Below are positions 54,463 to 64,000 of a stretch of 64,000 nucleotides of DNA, in pieces (within the stretch, counting starts at the first letter, position 1; every line of letters begins with the position of its first letter). A program made the translations under genes and the position numbers. Where the stretch lies: assembly GCF_006345805.1 (NCBI RefSeq), contig NC_043009.1:372001-436000 (forward strand). The letters run 5' to 3'. This DNA is from Octopus sinensis. Lineage: Eukaryota. A model generated the notes under the pieces. That model was not told the origin of the DNA. It was given only the letters and a program-made list of their open reading frames with translations, and made no database searches.

Positions 54463-55579
54463 TGTGTGTGTGTGTGTCTATGTGTTTATCGGCCTGTTTG
54501 TCCCCCACCCCTACTTGACAGCCTGTATTCGTTTGTTTACGTTCCCGAAACTTTCTTATTGATTACAAATTTTGGCTCAAGGCCAACAAATTCAGTGATG
54601 AGTTAAGTTGATAACATTGATCACAGGACTCAGTCGGTTCCTAATTTATTGACCACACACGAAAAGATGAGAAGCAAAATTGACTTCGGTGGAATTTAAG
54701 CACTGACCCTAAAATCGGACGAAATGTTAAAAAGCTTTTTTTTTTTCTTTGTTTGCCGATATGCTAGCGATCCTTATTTCTTTATTGTCCACAAGGGGCT
54801 AAACATAGAGGGGACAAATAAGGACAGAGAAAGGGATTCGGTCGATTACATCGACGCCAGTGCGTAACTGGTACTTAATTTATCGACCCCAAATGGATGA
54901 AAGGCAAAGTCGGAATTTGAACTCAGAACCGCTAAGCATTTCGCCCGGCGTGCTATCGTTTCTGCCAGCTTGCCGCCTTTAAAGATATTCATTATATTAG
55001 ACACTTAGGGGGAAATATTTCATCGTGTGCAATTAGTGTGATAAACAGATAACATACATTCAATGGATGTCATACATAGACTGCATTCTTTCGCTATCTA
55101 AGTCTTCTACTACTACAGGAATATTCAATAAATGGATTTTATGAAAATATGGAAATACCATATACCATTCACTTCATAGTAAAAAGATCTCTCATGATAA
55201 CGAATAAAACAAAACTAGTATACAACCCTGCAGCGGTTCTCCCCGTTAGAGAAAATATTCACCCTCTCTGTCATTTCATAGTAATATCTCTCTCCCTCTC
55301 TCTCTCACTTTATCTCTCTCTCCCTCCTTCCCTCTCTTACTCCCTAATCCACAGTAGGAAGCAACAGTTGTAGATCCCAGTCAAGTAACTGCGTGTAGAA
55401 TGCAATTCTTTCCCTTATACCAGCGATAACCGTTAGTAGTTAAGAATACATCTTGTTGACGTTAGATGTAGCAAAATTCATGCCTTTCCCAGCAGCGACA
55501 ATAAAACAAATAGAAAAAGTCACAACTGAAAATAGAGAAAATGATGTTGCTGTCGACAAGCAGAGCCTCACCACAGATT

Positions 55580-55638
55580 ATTATTATTATAATTTTTTAT
55601 TGCAGTACTACTGTTGTTATAGTTGTTGTTGTTGTTGT

Positions 55639-55670
<32 letters not shown>

Positions 55671-55700
55671 TAGAGGAAGATATTGTTGCTGTTGTTGTCT

Positions 55701-55756
<56 letters not shown>

Positions 55757-55850
55757 GGTGGTGGTGGTGGCGATAATGACGATGATGATGGTGATGATGG
55801 TGACGACGTTGAAGGTGATGACGATAATAGTGATGTTGTTGAGCAAAATG
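55580..55850. repeat. Compound trinucleotide repeats (GTT/GAT/GGT)n
   Basis: Directly visible; expanded relative to the mirror region at 51690-51770. Confidence 0.9.
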
Positions 55851-56125
55851 TACGACGAAGAGCGTTCCAACCATAACCACACTGTTGGCTTCTTCGAAAT
55901 AATCTCCTTTTGTCTACATTATCCAACTTCTAAAAAAATCATAGAGTTTAATTTAATGCAGATTTAGCTGCTATTTTGTCAAAAGTCGAACAACCACATA
56001 CAGATTCAAGCTTCTTGATTCAAGCAGTAAAGTATGGAAAAGTGTACAGTCGTGCGATGTAGTGGAGGCGCAACACACCACCATCGGTTGGTGGGAGGCA
56101 AGCACAGACACAAACATACACACAC

Positions 56126-56209
<84 letters not shown>

Positions 56210-56456
56210 GTACATATATGCCACGGGCTTCTTTCCGTTTCCGTTTCACTCACTAGGTTTTGGTCGGCCCGAAGCTATAGTAGAAGACACTCGCCCAAGG
56301 TGCCACGTAGTGGGAGTGAACCCGGAACCATGTGGTTGGTAAGCAAGCTACTTACCACACAGCCACTCCTGCGCTTTATACATACATACATACATACATA
56401 CATACATACACATACATACATACATACATACATACATACATACATACATACATACA

Positions 56457-57565
56457 TGATGACTGCCCCCCTCGTTATCGAGTATGGCCATTGCACGAAG
56501 CTTAACTGTTACTGGTGCTGTGATCGAATGTGACTTTTTAACCCAGCTAAAGATCTACAATGTCTTGTACAGAATTGGCAACTAAAACCTTTACCGGTAA
56601 TAGCCGGCTGTAGTTGTAACTGGGCTTCATGTACCTTTGCATGTCGTTTAAGTCCTCCTGTCGAAATATACTCTCTTCCACATGACCGACAGATATGATT
56701 AGTATTGTGTCTAACACCACCACCAGTGGCCAGGTTGTCACTCATCTGTCTTGCATTATGACTGCGAAGATTACTCTTGAGTCCAGCTTTTCTGAGGCAA
56801 GGTCTTGCACAGACACTGCATGTCAGCATCATAGGAAGACCCTTCCCATCTGGAAGTGTAACAGCGATGCCCTTCCTGACATCCTTCCTTACTTTCTCAA
56901 GTGTAACTCGAGATTTCTCAAAACTGGCTGTCCCCTCGTGCACAATCCTTCTCCACCTGCTACGATTAATAGCTATGCCTTCCCATGTGTCAGGAGAGAT
57001 GCAAGTATCTCTTAAGGAAGCCTTCAGCAAGTCCTTATACCTCTTTTTTGGTTTATGTGGAGGTCGTTCTCCTTTAGCTAACTCCCCATAAAAGAGTTGT
57101 TTTGGCATCCTTGAATCCTTCATCCTGACCAGATGACCACTCCATCTGAGCCTTTGCTTTAACACAAGAGCTTCTATACTTTCACACCGAGAACCTTCCA
57201 ATATTTCAAGATCACTGATGCGGTCCTTTTACTTAATGCCATAGATCCGGCTGAAACACATCTGATGGAAACGTTCCAGTTGTTTAAGGTGATATCGATA
57301 TGTGACCCACGTCTCGCAGGCATAGAGAAGAGAAGGGAGCACACATGCCTTGTACACCTTTATCTTCATCTTTCTGCATATGTCTCGCCGACTCCAGAGG
57401 CGCTTTTCTAGCCTTCCGAAAGCAACACTTGCTTTCCTAATTCTATATGAAATTTCATCATCCAAATTGCTATATCTATTAATAGTGCTTCCCAGGTAGA
57501 CAAACTGATTAACTACATCAAGTCGTTGTTGATGCATGACAAAAGTTTTCTTGAGATTGACTGCC
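56457..57565 (-). mobile_element. RTE/BovB-type LINE, 5'-truncated, with three C-terminal C2H2 fingers
   Basis: Reads FVYLGSTI...RIRKASVAFGRL...LLYACETW...QRLRWSGHLVRM..RMPKQLFYGEL. Fingers: CSVC..H, CRSC..HAKVH, CQFC..HIRSQH. Flanked by (ATGT)n on both sides. Confidence 0.88.
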
Positions 57566-57607
57566 ATACATACATACATACATACATACATACATACACC
57601 TACATAT

Positions 57608-57648
<41 letters not shown>

Positions 57649-57704
57649 TTATAATATATTACAACGCACGCCACACACACTCACACAACACACAAACACA
57701 TCAA

Positions 57705-58222
57705 TATCTGTAAATCTGAAATGAGAAAGTTTGTTTGTTTGTCTGGTTTTGGTATTGGATCGGGTTAAAGGGTCCTAGATCCCGTCGGATTGACTCCAAA
57801 ATTTACAGGGACATGTAAAATGAGGTGATGATGTGAGTGGGCTAGGTTAGAAATCTAGTGGTTACTAGGGCAAAAAACGCACACTTTGACAAGTCTTCTC
57901 TCATTCTCTTATCTGCATGTCTTCCTTCGTCTCTCTCTGTTTCCTCTCTTTCCTTCACTTTTTCTCAATAATGACGTTTGACAGCTACTATCTTTCCCCC
58001 GCCACTTCGCCGGCGCTGTCACTCTTTCTCCCACCGCCTCACTCTCTCTCTGTACGTCTGTCTGCATTCATAGAGTTTTATTATCACCACCACCACCACA
58101 ACACAATCATGAGAACAAATATTATGAATCAGATATTTATTGGGGTAATTTATATATGTGTGTGTCTGTATCTATATATAAATATGTATATATAATGTAT
58201 ATTTACAATGTGTATATATCTA

Positions 58223-58278
<56 letters not shown>

Positions 58279-58330
58279 GTATACATTTCTATATATAATG
58301 CGTATATATGTACATATATATAATATATAT

Positions 58331-58399
<69 letters not shown>

Positions 58400-59639
58400 G
58401 TGTGCATTATGTGGTCGGTTGAGCTGAACATATGCACACCTATGTTAAAAGTGGTGGCGAGTTTGCATGGCAACTATTTTTTTCCTCAAATGAAAGGCGT
58501 AACCTCTAGGACAAAATACCTCATCTTTTAAAATGTGGCCCGATTACACCCGAATGAAATCGGCTTATATTAACCAAACAAGTAAAACAATGAAAAACTA
58601 TGCCATTTTAATCCCAAGTAAGGTCGGGTATCTCTGTAGGTCTACCACATATTTGTGAAAAGGGCAAACGTTGTCTCACCAGCAGTTATACAGGCAAAAG
58701 TGTTAGCAAATATGGTAGGATTCAGTTGCAAATTTGCACACCTATGTTAAAAGTCCTGGCGAGTTTGCATGGCAACTTTGAGTTTGCTCAATTGAAAGGT
58801 GTGGCCTCTAGGGCAAAATTCCTCATCTTTAAAGTGTGGCCCGCGTCGACTGGAATGAAATAAAATAAAACAATGATAAATTATCTTAATCCCGAGCAAG
58901 TCCGGGTTTCTCTGCTATCTGTATATATAAAAGAGGCTTTGGGTGAAAATTATGTGCACGTTTTGCTACGTCAGAAGTTGGCGGCCACACCAGTGGTCAG
59001 ATCGAGCTGAAAATTGACACAGGCATAGAAGGCGTGATGAGGCAGAGTTGAGTAGGTTAAAACTCACCATCTGGAAAGATGCGGTTACTATGGTGAGAAG
59101 ATTCAAGGGGGCTCTAAGCCCCTCTTCAGACTGGCGCGATTGGCATCTAATCCTATCTATAAAATAAAGAAGGCGAACGTTGATACAAATTGGATTTTTA
59201 TGTAAAAAGGGGCCTAAATGGGGCTGGAAGGGGATTCAAATTTACAGGTGGGGGTAACTTGAGGGGGAAAATTGATTGGGAGACGTTTTGTGGCGCTACA
59301 GTGATTGCTTTGGTGTGAAAACTGGGATTTTTTTATTTTGGGAGACATTTGGTGGTCTAGATTGGGCACCTTTTGCCCGATTTCAATCAAATTTTCAACA
59401 TGGAAAAGTGGAAGCGGATTTGTAATTTCAACGCGGAAATCTAATTATTTTATAAATGGCAGAGAGATAGATAGAAAAAGGTAAAGAGTAAGAGAAAGCG
59501 AGGGATGTCCGAAAGGAAGAGTAAGAGAGTGAGAAAATGAGAAAGGATAGAGAAACAAAGAGGGAGAATGTGGCGATAAGAAACAGTAAGTAACAACCAC
59601 AACCTCACCCACAAATGGGGCTGGTCACCTTAAGCTAGT
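57705..59639 (+). mobile_element. Probable tandem non-autonomous Helitrons
   Basis: TC(T)...ATATAA-type starts (~57705, 58919), hairpins cccaagtaaggtcggg and cccgagcaagtccggg, final gctag|t at 59639. Confidence 0.5.
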
Positions 59640-60427
59640 ACATATATAAAACAAAGTAAGATTGGATGGTACAGCACAGGTGAAAATATATAGGAAAGAT
59701 GATTTGAAACTAAAGAGGTCTTTTAAAGATGTCTTACATTTTCAAATCTCCTTCCCTGTATATATATATAGATAGATAAGATCTTAATTTAAATATCGAT
59801 CTTATCAAGTGGCCAGCACGGGAGAAAATCCTTCAAAGGCAATAATTATTAATTAATATATAATTTAGGGTATCTAAGAGATACCGCCACGCTGGGACTC
59901 TAAAATCACATTAAATATTCATAGAGCACCAGGAGATAAGACAAAATGACAAAATAAACTAGCAAAAAATTATTGGATCCAGTAATTTTTTGTTAGTAGT
60001 AGTAGTGGTGGTGGTGGTGGTAGTGATAATGGTGATATTTGTGGCGGTAGTAGTGTTGGTGGTGGTGGTGGTAGTAGTTTTTGTTGTCGTTGTTGTTTAA
60101 AACCAGTTCAACCGTGTTTGGCCAGATCTGTGATCAAGGTGTTTCCAACCATGACTGTCTTGTCTTTTTCTCCCTGACATTAAGTACCTTATCATTGTAT
60201 CCATTATCCAATGCATCTTCCCCTCTTATTTTAAGGCAGTAAACATTGATCTTGATTCCTTACCACGCTTATTTAACTCACTCCCCCGTCCCATATTCCA
60301 TCCCTTTCATTTTACTTCACCGAAATCAACGCCGTTTTTTCACTTAACACCCTTTGCCTTTCTTTCTTTCTATCTGCTGTTGACGAAGGAATATTGTCTT
60401 CTCTGGAACTTTTCCACGGTGTAACTA

Positions 60428-60985
60428 TTGGGTTGTCCGGAAAGTTCATGCCGATAGCTTACCTTTCGACTTCTTTTAGAACATGGTTGAGTTCATAAAA
60501 TAGGATTTGACTACACCTCCATTTAGAGCACAGTTTAAGCTATCTTTTTGTGGAAGAAGGTTTATGTTCCTATAATCTGTGTTAATTCTGTAACTTTTTA
60601 AAATGGAAAATAAGAAAGTTCATTTTCGGCACTTGATGCTTTGGGAACCAGACAAAAATTGCTGCGGCTCGGCTGGAATGTGTTACCCCAGACTCCATAT
60701 TCACCAGATATTGCTCCTTCGGATTTCCACTTATTCAGGTCTCTGCAGAATAGTCTTAAATAAAAAATTTCAATTCCTTGGATGACGTAATATGAGACCT
60801 TGATGAATTCTTTGCCATGAAACCACCTCAATTCTGGGAAGAGGGTATTTTCAAGTTAAAGAAAAGATGGAGACCCATTGTGAAACAAAACGGTTTATAT
60901 TTGGTTGATTAAAAATTCAATGGCAAGTATTTATTGACCTTTTTCTTTCTTTTAAAAATCGGCACGAACTTTCCGGACAACCAAA
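60428..60985 (+). mobile_element. Mariner derivative, mirror copy in the right arm of duplication 2
   Basis: Same TIRs, TA flanks and YSPDIAPSDFHLF motif. Confidence 0.9.
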
Positions 60986-61459
60986 TATATTTGAAGATCT
61001 ACACTTGTACACTATTTTCTTGCTTTTTGTATATCTTTCTTTACTCCTTGGGGCAAGATGGCGAGATTGCTGGGGTGGGGTTCCTTGTAACATGAGTCGG
61101 GTATTTAGTTCCTGGTCCAGGCCACTTGGCAATAGGTAAATGTCAAGTTCCTTTATTCCTTCCTAAGCATTAAATTAACCAGTTAGTAGCGTTTGCTGTT
61201 TTCGTGATAACTTATAGAATACACACACAAGCACACACACTCACACACACGCACACACACGCACACACACAAATACACACCAACTCACAAGCATACATAA
61301 ATACATGCATATGTTAATACATGCACGTGGAAATTTGCGAGCCTGTATCTGTCTGTGTGTGCGTGCGTTTGTGTGAGCGCGCGCATGCGTGTTGGTGAGA
61401 GTGTATGCATGTGTGTGGGAAGGTGCGTGCGTGCGCGCGCATATGTGTGTGTGTGCGCG

Positions 61460-61493
<34 letters not shown>

Positions 61494-62825
61494 TGCCTTG
61501 TTTGTATTCGGTGGAAGAGCCTCGCCTGCATCAGTCAGTGCTGAAATCACTTTAGAAAGGAAGAAAAAAAAATTGTTGCCGTCTGCTAACCTAACAATTC
61601 GCTTCAGTTACATCGGCTGACAACTACACTTGAAGGAGCAACAATTTTGCGTCCAGTCAAGAAAAAACAACTATCCTATAGTCTTAAATAATCAGCGTTC
61701 GGCGTTAATTTTCCTACATACAGTAAGAAAACTAAAAATCTTACCACCATGAACGGATTATATTATGGAATATGCCTTTTATTCGGTAAGTTGTATTAAC
61801 ATCTAAAACTTTTGGGAGAGAATGAGAGAGAGAGAGAGAGAGAGAGTGGAGAGAGAGAGAAAGAGAGAGAGAGAGAAAGAGAGAGAGAGTATGACGATAG
61901 TGTTTTACATTTCTTTGTTTATAATTTTAATTGCAAAGCCCGCAAATTTGAATAAAAGGGACTTAGTCGAATCGGTTTACTCTACTGATACTTTATCCGT
62001 AGCCTGTCCTGTAAAATACAGATCTTTCCCCGGCCGTTCATGCATCATATATGACACACATTCCCAATTTTTATATATTTATTTTTCATCAACTTGACAC
62101 CTAATTTATGATAGAAGTACTTTTCCATTATTCAGGACGTATGAAACAAGGGCTAACTTAAAATTTGAAAACTAGCATGGGCCTTTGGAGCAAACTTACA
62201 AAAATTCTTTCGACTGGCAAAGGCATAAATATTGGAACGAAATTCGTTTAGTGAGTGCAAACCCAGGTCCAGGCCAGGATGTTCAAAGCGTTTTCATTCT
62301 CTCACATATTTTAGGGAGTGCGTTTGCACTCACTGCATCCCTTGTTCCCTCTCCTATGGAGAAAGGGTTAATCTTATTTACTGATAATTTGAGGGATGAA
62401 AGGCGGAGATGACCCCTCAAGTATTTGAACTCAGAGAGTAAAAAGGCCGAATGACGCAAGAGAGTCTTATTTTTTTCCGATCCCGTGTAGCAAATGGTTA
62501 TACCAGTTCGCTTGCTTTCCAAATTACTTGATCTGTTTTAGATTTTTATAACTTAGCAGGGCGATGTGTAGAACTTGACAGTCCTTCTAGACATATTAAC
62601 TCTTTGTAGACATTTTGACTTGTTAGAATCTTTTATTTTTCATCATCTATTTGTGTCACTCATTGGACTGCGACCACGCTGGAGCACGGCCTTGTAGGAT
62701 TTAGTCGAACATATCGCATCCAGTCCTTTCTTTAAGCTGATACATATTCTGGAGGGCTTTTTTGCTGAACCGCTACATTACGGGGACCTAAACCAAACAC
62801 TGTCGGTTGTCGAGTGGTGGTGGGG

Positions 62826-62873
<48 letters not shown>

Positions 62874-64000
62874 TATGACCGGTTTCGATACACTGTTTGT
62901 CTACAAAATTCACTCATAAATTATCGGCCGGCCCGGGGCTATAGTAGAAGTTGACGCGCTGTGTGACTGATCCCGAAACCATGTAGTTGTGAAGCGGTCT
63001 TCTTAATCACTCAGCTTTGCCTGTGCCTCGATATTTCTCGGTTGACAGTTTTGCATGGAATTTGTTTTTAGCTACAAACTGCTGAAAACACTTATTCACA
63101 ACGTTTCTTTCTGGTCTGAGTTGTTTGGCTGTTGTTATTACTTCAAAATTCTAGTGTTCTTTACACACCTCACGTATCCCTCAATTTTTCTTCCGTACGA
63201 CGAGGCTTACATGTACCCTGGTTGGAGAACTCCTAGACGAGTAGGAAGACGCCACGGCGAGCATGGAAGCCGCGGGCGCGAGCTCGGGTGAAGTCGCCTG
63301 TGGGTGATAATCTCGGTGGTAGTAGCAAATATTCTAACTGTATACCTTGGAGATCATTTGCAGACAATGTGTACGGAGGAACGGACCAACTCGAGAGCTT
63401 TAAATCGTTACGGACCCGAATTTTCCAAAGAAGAATTTAGTAGAATATCAATTTTCTAATATTAGTTAGAAAGCAGTAGAATATCAGCCATCTTAGAAAA
63501 CTTTGCACTATTTCTTCTGTCCCTCCGTTCTATGCGTTCAAATTCTGTCGATGCCGTCCCAGCCATTAATCAAATCGGCGTTGCTAAATAAAATAGCTGT
63601 CATATTTCGATCGCTTTTTTCTTTCCTTTTTCTTTCTTTCTTTCTTTCTTTCTTTCTTAATTGGCTCCTTGAAGGGTCCGGAAAAACAGTATTCATGTCA
63701 CAGACTTACTTATCTATTCCTACTCAGGGGACACAACGAATAAGAAGAATGATTATTGCCTATTGATAAGTTCGTAGATGTCTTAGATTAGACAAATTTT
63801 CGAAAAGAGTGAAAATCTTCGAGTATTGGGCTTTTTTCCACCATCGGTCCGAATTCCTCAATAGACTAATAACTGGCTCTGCACACCATTACCAAATCGC
63901 CCTTGGATTTAAGATTTTATATTGTTGGGATCAATGACCAGTTGTTGTTGTTTCCCGCCAACAGGTCAACCATGAGAAACTTATCTTTAAATGTCCTCCG

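Larger units (their letters stand above)
54775..64000 (-). repeat. Right arm of inverted duplication 2 (continues past the window end)
   Basis: Partner of 47115-52335, with ~4.2 kb of extra inserted sequence at ~56060-60290. Homology persists to base 64000. Confidence 0.92.

Noticed and set aside
56509-57201. Host C2H2 zinc-finger gene
   Set aside because: The fingers are in frame with an RTE ORF2 C-terminus.
62176-62250. Short ORF MGLWSKLTKILSTGKGINIGTKFV*, antimicrobial-peptide-like
   Set aside because: Only 24 codons, no signal or propeptide, and no supporting context; chance is likely.
63965-64000. cag|gtcaaccATGAGAAACTTATCT as a signal-peptide start
   Set aside because: The mirror copy at 47115-47150 has TTG, a frameshift and stops, and the sequence resembles a dispersed repeat also seen at ~60090-60170.

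Overview
AT-rich, microsatellite-dense animal genomic DNA. The SINE/LINE complement suggests an octopus or other cephalopod (inference). The ORF track misses the main host gene: two convergent paralogues of a small spliced gene. Copy A is on + with exons 139-244, 4512-4633 and 11929-12011; copy B is on - with exons 41591-41696, 39331-39452 and 31195-31277. They encode a ~96-aa, six-cysteine, probably secreted and GPI-anchored protein; the signal-peptide exon was not located. The two copies form the arms of a ~42-kb inverted duplication centred near 18.9 kb. A second inverted duplication is centred near 53.5 kb and runs off the window end, and both spacers contain the same transposon-like segment. 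The paralogues differ almost only at nonsynonymous sites. The homologous (TAA)n tract in the last intron of each copy was hit independently by different R4/Dong-type RLE retrotransposons. Other content: a TAA-flanked non-autonomous element and a chimera of it, a complete-ended Helitron, Merlin/ISXO2 and mariner derivatives, RTE and CR1 fragments, an ORF1-only element and a Penelope-type hammerhead motif. All identities are hand estimates; no searches were run.
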